DNA of 56,259 nucleotides from Patescibacteria group bacterium (GTDB lineage: Bacteria > Patescibacteriota > UBA1384 > XYA2-FULL-43-10 > 1-14-0-10-43-13): the NCBI GenBank assembly GCA_041674765.1, contig JBAYVE010000006.1, forward strand, positions 1-56,259, given 5' to 3'. The stretch's first letter is position 1. Every line of letters starts with the position of its first letter. A model generated the notes under the pieces. That model did not search any database and was not told the origin of the DNA. It saw nothing but the letters and a program-made list of their open reading frames with translations. The position numbers were made by a program, and so were the translations under genes. Below are positions 25,998 to 36,597 of the stretch, in pieces.

Positions 25998-28267
25998 TGC
26001 AAAATTCTATAAGCAATTACGATCAAGAATCTGAAAAAGATGAAGATTCAACAGCGTCTTTCTTGGAAGAGCTGCGCGAGAAGATAGAGTTCGATAGGCA
26101 GCAACGGATGGATCGGCTGCAAGCCAAGATATCGGCAATGAGGGACGAGTCTGTACGTGCAAGAAAAGCTTCCGGTATAGAAACGATATGGGAAGAGGAT
26201 ACAGAATATTACGAAGGGATTGATGATTTTAATAGATCAACCACGACTTATTCAAAACCATATTTCGACGGTCCATTGCAAAGAAACAACCAAGAATCAA
26301 CAAGCCAATGTACTGCATTTTTTAACATTACACGTCAATTTGTTGATTCAGCGGCGGCGCGATGCGGAGACATATTGCTTCCAGCTGGAGACTGGAACTG
26401 GGGCGTAAAGAAGACGCCGATCTCTGATGATATTGACAGTCAAGATGTAAGTGTTTATGACCAGGCACAGCAAGATATCAATGCCGAGAAAGTAAAGAAA
26501 GGCGAGCGCAGAATAAAGGATTGGTTAGTAGATGCAAGATATCATCGTGAGTATCGTCGGGCAATAGAATTTGCGGCCAAGATTGGCACTGGCGTTATCA
26601 AGGGACCATATCCATTATTGAAGATATCAACAGCGGTGATAAATGGGGAGGTGGTAACTAAGCAAGAGATTATCCCGGCAGTGAAGGCTGTTAACCCAAG
26701 GAATTTCTTCCCTGATCTGAATTGTGGAGACGATATACATAAGGGTGATTGCGTATTTGAGCGCGATTATCTGACGTATAAGCAGTTAAGTGATCTTGGG
26801 AAAGATCCGTCATATTTTGCGGATGCCATTCAGAAAGTCTTAAAAGAAGGTCCAAAAGGGTCATATAAAGAAGAGCAGAAGAGTGCCAAAGAGACGGATT
26901 TATTTGAGGTTTGGTACGGTATTGTAAATATAGATATGAATGATATGGATCTCATCGATGACAGATTCAAGAATGAATTGTCGTTTGAGGTTGGCGAGGA
27001 TGGATCGATTGAATTAAGTGAAGGTAATTGCGAAGATAGAGATAAGGATTATCAGTCAATAGTCGTTGTGTTGGTAAATTCGACCATTATCCAGGGTCAT
27101 ATGAATCCTTTGCAGAGTGGGAAATATGATTACCGGGTTCTGTGCTGGCAGCGAAGAGATGATTCTCCGTTTGGGATAGGCATAGCCAGGCAGGGAAGGG
27201 TTGCACAGCAAATGCTGTTATCTTCTGCGCGAAATTTAATAGACAACATGGCGCTATCATCTATGCCTATGCTTGCTTTGCGCAGAGAGGGTGTGGAGCC
27301 AGAGAATGGTAAGTGGGAGCTGACGAAAGGGAAGGTATGGTGGTTGACTAGCGAAAACATTAGGTCGATTCAGGAGGCTATTCAGTTTCTTCAGTTGCCA
27401 TCACTTCAAAAAGAGCTGATGGAGATCATGATGCTGGCTGGCAAGATGTTTGAGGATGCCACCGGTGTTAATTCTCTATTGCAAGGACAGCAAGGGGCCG
27501 CTCCCGATACTGTCGGTGGCATGGATCTATTGCACAAGAATGCGTCTGCATTGCTCAGAAGGATTGCAAGAACAAGCGATGAGGAAGTTACTGAGCCGCT
27601 GATACTTGATTATTACGACTGGCTATTGATGTATGGAAATGACGAAGAGAAGGGTGACTTTAGTATAGAGGCATTCGGTTCTTCGATATTGGTTGAGCGC
27701 GAGATAGAACAGATGCAAGCGCAGACTTTGTTGCAGTATTCTCAAGATCCAAGCTATGGATTATCTAAGTCCAAGATTATGGCCAAGATTGTTGATAGCT
27801 GGGGCTTTGAATCATCGTCAGTAATGATGGATGAGAAGGAGAAGCAAGCGCTTAGTGAGCAAGGACAGCAGCAGCAACCAGATCCGAGGGTGCAGGTTGC
27901 TCAAATGAATGTTGAAAAAGATCTTCAGATTGCAGAGACTCGCGCTCAAGTAGAGCTGGCTAGGATTAAGAAAGATCAGGACCGTGATGCGATATTCTCT
28001 CAGGGAGTAACTGAACGCAATCAGATCAATTACCAAGCGCAGATAGCTAAATTGCAGCTAGAGAGAGAACTTGCAATGCTTCAGTACGCGAACGAACATA
28101 GGATGACTCTCGATAAAATAAAAGCCGATCTTGCAAGTGACTCAATGAAACTGAGTGTGCAAAAGGAATTGGCTTCTATGAATAACGCGATGCCGGCCAA
28201 ACAAATGCTGACACCGCCGTCCGAGCCGCCACAAAGAGCCGATCCTGGGATGGCATTTCAGCAGTAA
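25997..28267 (+). CDS. Portal protein
   Basis: 756 aa podovirus-type portal with long helical C-terminus; position before scaffold and capsid. Confidence 0.85.
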   Translation: MQNSISNYDQESEKDEDSTASFLEELREKIEFDRQQRMDRLQAKISAMRDESVRARKASGIETIWEEDTEYYEGIDDFNRSTTTYSKPYFDGPLQRNNQESTSQCTAFFNITRQFVDSAAARCGDILLPAGDWNWGVKKTPISDDIDSQDVSVYDQAQQDINAEKVKKGERRIKDWLVDARYHREYRRAIEFAAKIGTGVIKGPYPLLKISTAVINGEVVTKQEIIPAVKAVNPRNFFPDLNCGDDIHKGDCVFERDYLTYKQLSDLGKDPSYFADAIQKVLKEGPKGSYKEEQKSAKETDLFEVWYGIVNIDMNDMDLIDDRFKNELSFEVGEDGSIELSEGNCEDRDKDYQSIVVVLVNSTIIQGHMNPLQSGKYDYRVLCWQRRDDSPFGIGIARQGRVAQQMLLSSARNLIDNMALSSMPMLALRREGVEPENGKWELTKGKVWWLTSENIRSIQEAIQFLQLPSLQKELMEIMMLAGKMFEDATGVNSLLQGQQGAAPDTVGGMDLLHKNASALLRRIARTSDEEVTEPLILDYYDWLLMYGNDEEKGDFSIEAFGSSILVEREIEQMQAQTLLQYSQDPSYGLSKSKIMAKIVDSWGFESSSVMMDEKEKQALSEQGQQQQPDPRVQVAQMNVEKDLQIAETRAQVELARIKKDQDRDAIFSQGVTERNQINYQAQIAKLQLERELAMLQYANEHRMTLDKIKADLASDSMKLSVQKELASMNNAMPAKQMLTPPSEPPQRADPGMAFQQ

Positions 28268-28290
28268 CCTTATAACCGTTATAACCAAAC

Positions 28291-28312
28291 AACCCGCTCC
28301 GGCGGGTTTTTT
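28291..28312 (+). terminator. Intrinsic terminator
   Basis: AACCCGC-TCCG-GCGGGTT plus T tract. Confidence 0.8.
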
Positions 28313-28317
28313 ATTTT

Positions 28318-28521
28318 ATGCAGATCAAGCCGCCAGAAAGATTCGAGTTGACCGATGCAGAGAAGCATTCGGTTTTATGGCAAAGACTGAAGGAATTTCT
28401 GAAGAGAGAGAACGATAGAGATCGTCTTAAAAACGATTGCATCAATCTTTCTGATGAAGAAACAAGAAATTTGAGGGCAATGATTGCAGCAAGGAAATCA
28501 TTACTCAACCTGGATCAATAA
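28318..28521 (+). CDS. Small head-module protein
   Basis: Typical small ORF between portal and scaffold. Confidence 0.7.
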   Translation: MQIKPPERFELTDAEKHSVLWQRLKEFLKRENDRDRLKNDCINLSDEETRNLRAMIAARKSLLNLDQ

Positions 28522-28551
28522 CACGACCGAGAGGCCGAGGAGCAAAGCAGC

Positions 28552-29493
28552 ATGGATATAACCAATGATGAAGTAAGTAATGATGATGCAATCATTCAGA
28601 AAGCAAAGGAGGATGAGATTGCTAAGAATTTTGGCACCCCAGTAGAGGCGCTAGAAGAAAAGCATGATGAACAGCCATTGCAACAGGATGAGCAGCATGG
28701 TCAACCAGTTGATGACGAGCCTCAGCAACAGGCCGCGCCGAATCTGGAGGAAAGAATTGCTGCACTGAATGAAGAAAATTTGCGGCTACGTAAAGCCATT
28801 GACACAACGAATGGGCGTTACGGTAACGAGATACAGAAGTTACGTACGCAAATAGAATCATCGCAAAAAACATCAGGGTTGAAAAATCTTTTAACCAATT
28901 TAGATATTAATCATCCGGCATTCGAGGACATTAAGAATGATTTCCCCGAGCTCGGAGAAAGGTTTTTAAATGGTTTAAGGAAAGCTTTTGCTGAGCCTGA
29001 ACAAGTTATTGAGCAGAAGAAAGATGAGACGACGCAACAGAGTATGGATATGGCTGTGCCAGCAAATGACCAATTTAATGTTGAATTGGCCATGGATAGG
29101 CTTGCAGAGAAGCATCCAGATTATGGTGATGTTGCTAAGTTTACTGCAAAGCAGATTGCGCACGGGGTTACCAAGATTGAATGGAAAAACCCTGAATTCG
29201 GTGCTTTTGTTGAGTCACTTGATGATGACGATAGAGATGTGATTATTAACGGAGAATCGCCATCAGATATCTTAAAAATATCAAGAATATTGACCCAATT
29301 CAAAGAATCACATTCTTCGCAGGACGCAGAGCAAGTGGGGCAAAGATCAACGGTTAAGGAAAAAATCAAGCCAGATCTAAATAGATCAATCCTACCCAGC
29401 GGCAGGAATCAATCAAGCAGAATAGCCATGACCGATGACGAAATTATAGAAGCTGCCAAAAAAGCAGAAATGAAAAAGCAAATGGGATATTAA
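28552..29493 (+). CDS. Putative scaffolding protein
   Basis: Acidic, coiled coil, directly upstream of the capsid gene. Confidence 0.7.
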   Translation: MDITNDEVSNDDAIIQKAKEDEIAKNFGTPVEALEEKHDEQPLQQDEQHGQPVDDEPQQQAAPNLEERIAALNEENLRLRKAIDTTNGRYGNEIQKLRTQIESSQKTSGLKNLLTNLDINHPAFEDIKNDFPELGERFLNGLRKAFAEPEQVIEQKKDETTQQSMDMAVPANDQFNVELAMDRLAEKHPDYGDVAKFTAKQIAHGVTKIEWKNPEFGAFVESLDDDDRDVIINGESPSDILKISRILTQFKESHSSQDAEQVGQRSTVKEKIKPDLNRSILPSGRNQSSRIAMTDDEIIEAAKKAEMKKQMGY

Positions 29494-29495
29494 CA

Positions 29496-29517
29496 GGCCG
29501 CTTTGAGCGGTTTTTTT
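29496..29517 (+). terminator. Intrinsic terminator
   Basis: GCCGCT-TTG-AGCGGT plus T tract. Confidence 0.7.
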
Positions 29518-29536
29518 ATTTTATAGGACAACAAAA

Positions 29537-30616
29537 ATGGGACTTCAATCTTTAGTAATTACTCCTGATCGTATCGGGAAATCACTTGGCAGAATTCTGC
29601 CGCATGCGATGTCTAAGCATTGCCTTGGCTTGCTAGGCATGACTGAGAAACAAAAGAAAAATACAGGCACAAAGACAGTTTATCGTCGGTACTTGCCGAA
29701 AGGTGCCACTACTAGCAACCCGAACCAATTTTTCCAGAATGGCACTGGAGATCGAACTGCTGCTTATGTCGCTCAACATCTTACTCAAGATGGCGTTACG
29801 CCTATGGCTGAAACCTTGACCCCGCAGGATATCGAGGTAGAGCAAAAAGAACACGGTTTTGCCTATGGTTTTACCAATCGCACTGCTGAAATGAGCGAGG
29901 ACCCAATTCCTAAAATCATGGAAGAGATGCTTGGTGATCGTATCGGACTGGTCCGTGAGATGACTTTGTTTGGTGTGCTGAAAGGTTGCACCAATAAATT
30001 CTATGGTGGAACCGGCACTTCTCGCGCTACCGTGAATGGTCGATTGACTCTGCAATTGCTTCGCAAGGTAGAGCGTAGCTTAAAAGCTAACCACTCAACA
30101 CCTGCAAGAAAATTGTTGAGACCAATCCCTGCATCCGGGAATTATGCGACTGCGCCAACAAAAGCGTGTTACCCAGTTTTTGTTAGCAGTGATTTGTCTC
30201 CAGATGTCCGCGACCTTCCAAATTTTATAGATGTCTCTAAATATGGGAATCCGGCGCTGGCTGTGGAGAACGAAATCGGAAGCTGTGAAGAATTCCGCTT
30301 TATTTGGTCCCCTGATCTTATACCTGTGCAAGACTCCGGAGCTGCTGTTGCCGGGACAGTCCCAGCACTGTATTCGACAAGCGGCACCAATGCTGACGTG
30401 TATCAGGTAGTTGTCGGTACCGAGGATGCGTGGGGTCATTTGGAGCTTGATATCGGCAAAAACGACATTTCTTTATTGCCTGCTGGGCAAAAAGATAAAA
30501 CAGACATATTGGGTCAGCGTGGCTATGTTGGCGCAATCACTAAGTACAATGCTGTTCGCTTGAACGAGGGGCAGATGGCTGTGGTAGAAGTCGGTGCAAG
30601 CGCATTAACAGACTAA
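29537..30616 (+). CDS. Major capsid protein (N4-gp56-type)
   Basis: RRYLP, LTQDGVTP, YGNPALAVENEIGSCEEFRF, KDKTDILGQRGYVG. Confidence 0.9.
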   Translation: MGLQSLVITPDRIGKSLGRILPHAMSKHCLGLLGMTEKQKKNTGTKTVYRRYLPKGATTSNPNQFFQNGTGDRTAAYVAQHLTQDGVTPMAETLTPQDIEVEQKEHGFAYGFTNRTAEMSEDPIPKIMEEMLGDRIGLVREMTLFGVLKGCTNKFYGGTGTSRATVNGRLTLQLLRKVERSLKANHSTPARKLLRPIPASGNYATAPTKACYPVFVSSDLSPDVRDLPNFIDVSKYGNPALAVENEIGSCEEFRFIWSPDLIPVQDSGAAVAGTVPALYSTSGTNADVYQVVVGTEDAWGHLELDIGKNDISLLPAGQKDKTDILGQRGYVGAITKYNAVRLNEGQMAVVEVGASALTD

Positions 30617-30631
30617 CAAGGAGAATCTATT

Positions 30632-31147
30632 ATGATGGAACCATTAGCGCAGCGTCTTCTAGCGATTCCAGATAAGGCTATGGCAAGAGCATTGCAATTG
30701 CTTTTAGAGCCTTATGTGGAGCGCATGAAGTCTTGCGCATTGAGCACTGCTGGTTTGGTTATAAAGACCGGCGGATCTGCTCTGGCTAAAACCGGATCTG
30801 CTATCACTCACTACATTGCAAACGGCGTAAAAGGGCGAATTGCAGGTAGTACCGATATGCCTGCTCTGGCCGGTACCGTAACGAACGCAATGTTTAATGT
30901 GTTCGTCTTTACGGTTGATAGTGGCGGCACTGTGCGCGTTCAAATTGGTGTCGAGGGCGCAACAGAGGCCGCTATTAAATGGCCAGTTCTTGATCAAAAG
31001 AGAGCAATTCTTGGGATGATCATTATTAACCCGACTGGGACCGGTAACTTTGTTGGTGGCACAACGCCTCTCGATGACGCTACCGTTACGCCTAACGCAC
31101 AGTACGTAAGCCCGGTTGGAGTATTTGATCCAACCACTAAAATTTAA
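30632..31147 (+). CDS. Putative capsid decoration protein
   Basis: Gly/Thr/Ala-rich, immediately after MCP. Confidence 0.55.
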   Translation: MMEPLAQRLLAIPDKAMARALQLLLEPYVERMKSCALSTAGLVIKTGGSALAKTGSAITHYIANGVKGRIAGSTDMPALAGTVTNAMFNVFVFTVDSGGTVRVQIGVEGATEAAIKWPVLDQKRAILGMIIINPTGTGNFVGGTTPLDDATVTPNAQYVSPVGVFDPTTKI

Positions 31148-31158
31148 GGAAAAGAACC

Positions 31159-31650
31159 ATGCAAAAAGCAGATATGAATGGAGCTACGTTTTGTACTTCC
31201 AAAGCCGCATTGGCCGCTGGGACGACCACAACGTTTTCAACAACCGGGGCAACCCTGTATTGTATCAATGGTAAGGCATATTCGACCGCAGCAGGATCGA
31301 ACGCAGCCACACCAACACTTGATGGCAATACCGGAGAAGCATTTTTGCCAGTCCCAATCAACAAAGGCAGTGTGTTTGTGTATGCGTACGACGGCAGTTC
31401 TACGGCGGCAAACGCGATTGAGGTATACCAAGGCACTATTGTGGATCTGGATGCCGGCGGTAACTTCACGTCAGCGCCTGAATTCCCAGCTCTCCCTGAT
31501 AGCGTGTGCCCATTTGCGTATGAACTGATCCAGGTTGCATCTAATGGGTCAGCATGGACGTTTGGAACGAGTAATCAGTCAAGCGTTACAGGCGTGACAT
31601 TTACCCGCCAGGATGTAATGGTACTTCCAGATCGTCCGCAATTAAGATAG
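31159..31650 (+). CDS. Putative virion structural protein
   Basis: Thr/Gly-rich beta protein; AAGGA RBS. Confidence 0.55.
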   Translation: MQKADMNGATFCTSKAALAAGTTTTFSTTGATLYCINGKAYSTAAGSNAATPTLDGNTGEAFLPVPINKGSVFVYAYDGSSTAANAIEVYQGTIVDLDAGGNFTSAPEFPALPDSVCPFAYELIQVASNGSAWTFGTSNQSSVTGVTFTRQDVMVLPDRPQLR

Positions 31651-31670
31651 TAATAGAAGCTTTAAACCAG

Positions 31671-31698
31671 AGGGCGGGTTTGATACCGCCCTTCTTTT
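31671..31698 (+). terminator. Intrinsic terminator after capsid cluster
   Basis: AGGGCGG...CCGCCCT followed by TCTTTT. Confidence 0.7.
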
Positions 31699-31717
31699 AT
31701 TTCTAACAAGGAAAATT

Positions 31718-32185
31718 ATGAGACCAAAAATCACGACTGAAGATGTTGCCCCAACAATCAATCAAAGTATCGACATGAATTCAAGTATTGCCGCCGATGA
31801 TATTGATCATCCAGATATTGGTATCGTTACGGATGTTGACCCGAATGGTAAATATATTCGTGACTTGGCTTTTATGGAAGAGGTTGTGACTTTCATCGTT
31901 GGTAAGGGCGGCAAGTTTGATCCTAACCCAATAATCGCCGGGTGCAATGGGCAAAATCTGGTAATCGAGCGCGGAAAACCTATCAAGGCTAAGCGCAAAT
32001 TTCTTAACACTCTGATTAATACTGTTTTCTCGCTTGAGACGCAAGAGTATTTGGATGAGAACGGATTAAAACAAACGAAGGTTGAAACTACACATACCCC
32101 ATCATTGTCGATTCAGTTGTTAACTGATCCATCAGGACATAAAGGTATGGAGTGGTTTGCTAACGTGCAGCACGGGACATACTAA
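31718..32185 (+). CDS. Hypothetical head/tail-region protein
   Basis: AAGGA RBS; in the late operon. Confidence 0.7.
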   Translation: MRPKITTEDVAPTINQSIDMNSSIAADDIDHPDIGIVTDVDPNGKYIRDLAFMEEVVTFIVGKGGKFDPNPIIAGCNGQNLVIERGKPIKAKRKFLNTLINTVFSLETQEYLDENGLKQTKVETTHTPSLSIQLLTDPSGHKGMEWFANVQHGTY

Positions 32186-32187
32186 AC

Positions 32188-32862
32188 GTGAATTATATTG
32201 AGTTGGCTCAGCGTGCAGTTATGGAGGCCGGGGCATCCGGCAGAAATAGCACGGTGGTCAATGCGAGTGGAGAATGGCTGCGTTTCGTAACGTGGGTAAA
32301 TCAGGCATGGCTTGATATTCAGAATGAGCATGCTGATTGGCTTTGGATGAGGAAAACTAAGTCATTCCAGACAATAGCTAATCAAGCGGAATATCCGGTA
32401 ACTGCTGCGCCAATATCGCTTACTGACTTCGCAAGCTGGGTTAATGACTCGTTCAGGATTTACAGGACTTCAATACAAAGCGAGTTATTTTTAAACCAGG
32501 TTGAATATGGAATGTTCCGTGATATGTGGCTGTATGGTTCTCTCAGAACATCATATGGTCAACCTACAAATATAACGGTTTCCCCTAGTAAGTCATTGAT
32601 ACTGGCATTGCCGCCTGATAGTACAGATTACACGGTAACCGGAGACTATCAATCAACTCCTTCTAATTTGGTTGCAGATACCGACATTCCAGATATGCCG
32701 GAGCGTTTTCATATGTGCATAGTGTGGAAAGCTTTGGTTCATTATGGCGGGAAAGAATCTTATCCTGATGCTTATACGCGAGGCAAAGAAGAGCTTAATA
32801 GGCTGATGACAAGACTTGCTATCGATCAACGTCCATCAATAACTATTAATAGAAGATTCTGA
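32188..32862 (+). CDS. Head-to-tail adaptor (tail tubular A / gp4-like)
   Basis: WVNQAWLDIQ...W.W, DIPDMPERFH..IVWKAL. Confidence 0.75.
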   Translation: MNYIELAQRAVMEAGASGRNSTVVNASGEWLRFVTWVNQAWLDIQNEHADWLWMRKTKSFQTIANQAEYPVTAAPISLTDFASWVNDSFRIYRTSIQSELFLNQVEYGMFRDMWLYGSLRTSYGQPTNITVSPSKSLILALPPDSTDYTVTGDYQSTPSNLVADTDIPDMPERFHMCIVWKALVHYGGKESYPDAYTRGKEELNRLMTRLAIDQRPSITINRRF

Positions 32863-34922
32863 TGCAATTTAACAAGGTGCAGGCAGACATAATACCTCTC
32901 GCTGGAGGTGTTGATATGGTTACAACGCCGATCATGTTAAGCCCAGGGAAGTGCATATTTGCTCAAAATTTCGAGCCTGATATTAATGGTGGCTACAGAA
33001 GAATGAGGGGTATAGAGCGCTTCGATGGTAGGCCAAGGCCGTCAGATGCAGATTATGCAGTATTGGATTGTTTGATTACAGGTCCTCTGGTTGTTGGTGA
33101 TGCAATAGTTGGCATGTCGAGCGGGGCAAGTGCTGTTGTTGCTCTTATAGTAAGTTCAACAAGGGTGGTGGTAACCAAGTTACGAAAATCGTTTTCGATA
33201 GAGGCGTTCAGTGTCGGGGCGGTAGAGTATGGTTCAATAAGTGGTGAGATTGCATCTGGGGCGCTTAGTAATCAAGAGCATGCGCAATTCAATAACGCAG
33301 CTGCGGATATTTATCGGGCAGACATTGGATCTGTTCCCGGATCTGGTCCGGTTAGGGGGGTGAAATACTACAAGGGATCTGTCTACGCATTCAGAGATAA
33401 TGCAGGTGCCACGGCATGCGTCATGTACAAACAATCGACATTCGGTTGGACAGAAATTCAGTTCGGTAGAGAATTAAGATTCGATGGCGCCGTTGGTGAA
33501 ATAAAGGAAGGGCAGACGGTAACCCAGTTGACTTCTGGCGCTACTGGGGTGGTAAAAAGAGCGCTGTTAAGGACCGGGACATGGACGGTATCAGGCGCCG
33601 GCACTTTAGTGTTCGATTCAATAAATGGATCGTTTCTGGATAACGAGGCTATTCAGGTTGGTGGTGTGACAAAAGTCACAGCAGACGGAGCGGACTTGGC
33701 AATCTCGTTGTTGCCGGGCGGCAAGTTCGAGTTCGATATCGTTAATTTCCAGGGCAATGTGGAAGCATCTCGCATGTATTGCGTGGATGGCGTGAACAAG
33801 ATGGGGGAATTCGACGGAGTTCGTTGGGTTCCTATTAGAACCGGTGTCGGTTCGGATAATCCCAAGTTCGTCGTAGGCCATAAGAAGCAGCTTATTTGCG
33901 CGATAGAGAGTGAGATCATAGTTTCTGGCATAGGCGCTCCATATTCATTCACTGCATTGACTGGTGCGGCACAAATAGCCACTGGCGAGACAATAACTGG
34001 ATTAAAGGCTCAGGTAGGGGACCCGACTAATGGCGTTTTGGTGGTGGCTACCGAACGCAAAATTTATATGCTGTACGGGAACGATCTTACTGATTACATT
34101 CTGTCAGCACATTCACCGGATAGCGGAGCGGTCGCATACACTCTTCAGAATATAGGATTTGCGCATTATTTCGATGTACGCGGATTGACGCAGCTAATGG
34201 CTTCTCAGGCATACGGCAGTTTCCAATCACACATACTAACCCAATCAGTGCAGCCATACGTGGATGATAAGGCAGGCAAGGTTATCGCAAGTACAGTGGT
34301 AAGGAATCAAAATTTGTACCGGATATATTTTGATGACGGATCCGGATTAAACATCCAAGTAAAACCAAATGGCAACTCTAATGCACCAGCAATAGGTGAC
34401 ATTATGCCATTTTATTATGGTAGCCGCGTTATGCATGCGCTCGATTCCGTGATTGATGTTGCCGGGAAAGAGCGCAAGTTTGGGGCATGTAGCGATGGTT
34501 ATGTTTATGAGATTGATGTTGGAACAAGCTTTGATGGTGATCCAATCAATGCGTTCGCGGTTCTTGCATTTAATCATTCCAAGTCTCCCGATACACAGAA
34601 GAACTACAAAAGAACAAAACTTCTATTCGATGCTGGTACTACTGCGCACTTGAGCGTGTCCTACGATCTATCCTTTGGTAACTTTGATGCATCATATGGC
34701 TTGGCGTCCACTCATGCAATAACCGGGTCAGGAGGTTACTGGGATAACTCTAGCTGGGATTCCATATTTTGGGATGCAGCGTATGCTCAGGAAATAACGA
34801 TAGACACGCCGGGCAATGGCACCAGCATTTCAATTAATATTTCAAATGAATCTGACATCGATGAAAGTTTTGTGATCAATGCGGTAAAACTTCAATATTC
34901 ACCTGGAAGGTTAATTAGATGA
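32862..34922 (+). CDS. Tail hub / tubular protein B (gp10-like)
   Basis: 686 aa, beta-propeller-like character; follows the adaptor. Confidence 0.75.
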   Translation: MQFNKVQADIIPLAGGVDMVTTPIMLSPGKCIFAQNFEPDINGGYRRMRGIERFDGRPRPSDADYAVLDCLITGPLVVGDAIVGMSSGASAVVALIVSSTRVVVTKLRKSFSIEAFSVGAVEYGSISGEIASGALSNQEHAQFNNAAADIYRADIGSVPGSGPVRGVKYYKGSVYAFRDNAGATACVMYKQSTFGWTEIQFGRELRFDGAVGEIKEGQTVTQLTSGATGVVKRALLRTGTWTVSGAGTLVFDSINGSFLDNEAIQVGGVTKVTADGADLAISLLPGGKFEFDIVNFQGNVEASRMYCVDGVNKMGEFDGVRWVPIRTGVGSDNPKFVVGHKKQLICAIESEIIVSGIGAPYSFTALTGAAQIATGETITGLKAQVGDPTNGVLVVATERKIYMLYGNDLTDYILSAHSPDSGAVAYTLQNIGFAHYFDVRGLTQLMASQAYGSFQSHILTQSVQPYVDDKAGKVIASTVVRNQNLYRIYFDDGSGLNIQVKPNGNSNAPAIGDIMPFYYGSRVMHALDSVIDVAGKERKFGACSDGYVYEIDVGTSFDGDPINAFAVLAFNHSKSPDTQKNYKRTKLLFDAGTTAHLSVSYDLSFGNFDASYGLASTHAITGSGGYWDNSSWDSIFWDAAYAQEITIDTPGNGTSISINISNESDIDESFVINAVKLQYSPGRLIR

Positions 34923-36073
34923 GTAATTATGCACCAACAGGCAACCCGATTAACGGCGCCCGTAACATTTCAGATCAAATTAGGGATGAGTTTGTATTAA
35001 TACAGAACGCAATATCAAGCAAGGCTGAGCGTAACGCCACTAATTCGGTAAGTTCAACTTCTCTTGATATTGGTACCGGGGTTAAAACCTTGGTGATTGA
35101 GACCGGAAAAGAACTGGTTGGAAGTCAGAATGTGTCTATTGCAGATGCAGCCAATCCTTCTGCGAATTACATGACCGGGACCTTGATTTCATACGACTCT
35201 ATTACTGGGCTGGCACAGGTAAATGTAACCGCATTTAGTGGATCTGGAACCAAGACTGCATGGATAGTCGGCTTATCGAATCCAGCTGGCGTTACTCTTG
35301 GATCTAACACATTCACTGGGGCACAGAACTATGCTCGCGCAACAGTAGCTTCTCATGCCACTACTGCGGACATATGGGGTGCGGCAGGAAACCAAATTGA
35401 TTTTACTGGCATTGCAACGGTAACCGCGTTTCCTTCTGCTCCTCAAGCCGGGGTATCAAGGGAACTGATTTGTGCAGCGGCATGCTCGTTCACTGCCGGA
35501 GCTAATATGTTAATCGATGGCTTGTCATCAGGGCAGACATTCGTTTGTGAAGCTAATGATGTGGTAATTGTTCGAGCGATAACAGTCACGCAGTTTAGGC
35601 TTTCTATTGGTAGATATGATGGAAAACCGCCATTTTGGCCAAAGACGAGATATAAATTCTATGGGCACACCGGCAATGCTCATGGATCTTCTCATGACAT
35701 GAAAAGACGTCTGGCAACCATCGTTACTAATACAGGTGATGGGATAGCTTGGACATATACTGATAGCGCAACATTAGGAGGCAAGATAACTTTTATTATC
35801 CCAGGGATATATAATTTCACATACTCAGATATTGGTACAAAGCAGTATGGGTTATCAAAAAATCAAGCAAGCGCAGGAACAACAGTATTTGATTCATTGA
35901 CCGCTGCAGAGAAATTTTTAAGAGTAAGTGGCGAGTCTGGGAATAGATTCAATTGCGCATCAATCACAGCATACATGGATACAAATGACTTTGTTGAGAT
36001 GGTCACTAACGGCGACGCATGGACCATTAACGCAAACGTATGGACATCTCTGCAAATAGAGAGGTTGGCGTAA
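34919..36073 (+). CDS. Tail fibre/spike
   Basis: Anchor-like N-terminus IRDEFVLIQNAI; Thr/Gly-rich body. Confidence 0.7.
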   Translation: MSNYAPTGNPINGARNISDQIRDEFVLIQNAISSKAERNATNSVSSTSLDIGTGVKTLVIETGKELVGSQNVSIADAANPSANYMTGTLISYDSITGLAQVNVTAFSGSGTKTAWIVGLSNPAGVTLGSNTFTGAQNYARATVASHATTADIWGAAGNQIDFTGIATVTAFPSAPQAGVSRELICAAACSFTAGANMLIDGLSSGQTFVCEANDVVIVRAITVTQFRLSIGRYDGKPPFWPKTRYKFYGHTGNAHGSSHDMKRRLATIVTNTGDGIAWTYTDSATLGGKITFIIPGIYNFTYSDIGTKQYGLSKNQASAGTTVFDSLTAAEKFLRVSGESGNRFNCASITAYMDTNDFVEMVTNGDAWTINANVWTSLQIERLA

Positions 36074-36588
36074 TGTACAAGATATTGATTGAGTTTCCTG
36101 ACGGGAATCAAATTACTACTGAAGTGAGTGAGACAGGTGGTTTTTTTGATCAATCAAAAGTTCTGTGGGATGAGCGTACTGATGGAAAATTGCCGGAAGG
36201 TGTTGAGTCTGGCAAGATGGAGCGCAGAGGCAATAAATTGATCAAGCTCGATAATTATAAGCCTGAATTTGTCCAATTAAAGCAGGCAAAAGATCAGGAA
36301 AAAATTAACGAAAAATTGGCTTTGTTGTGGGCTGCTGCTGATGCGCATATTAATTCGGAGATCAATGGTGTTGCATTAAGCATGCTATCCGCTGGAGTTC
36401 AGAACGCAAAACCGAAAGCAATAGCCGTTGCAAATTGGTGCGATGCTATTTGGACAGAATATTACATCAGGAAAGCCGGGATAACCGCTGATGCAGAGGT
36501 AAATCTTGATTTCTCAGAGTTTGGTGGAAAGCCGCACACAGTAATTGAATTGCGCGAAGAGATATCTAATCTTTGGACAGGTAATTAA
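36073..36588 (+). CDS. Tail-fibre-associated protein / chaperone
   Basis: ATG 36073 coupled to the fibre stop. Confidence 0.55.
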   Translation: MYKILIEFPDGNQITTEVSETGGFFDQSKVLWDERTDGKLPEGVESGKMERRGNKLIKLDNYKPEFVQLKQAKDQEKINEKLALLWAAADAHINSEINGVALSMLSAGVQNAKPKAIAVANWCDAIWTEYYIRKAGITADAEVNLDFSEFGGKPHTVIELREEISNLWTGN

Positions 36589-36597
36589 GGGGAATAT

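Noticed and set aside
17362-28312. Shared ACCCGC/GCGGGT stems in three terminators as a dedicated regulatory motif
   Set aside because: A common intrinsic-terminator stem in proteobacterial phages; other terminators here use different stems
29537-30616. N4-like (Schitoviridae) phage assignment
   Set aside because: Capsid type fits, but no virion RNA polymerase or DNA polymerase motifs; the giant ORF is a polyvalent protein and the early region is lambdoid
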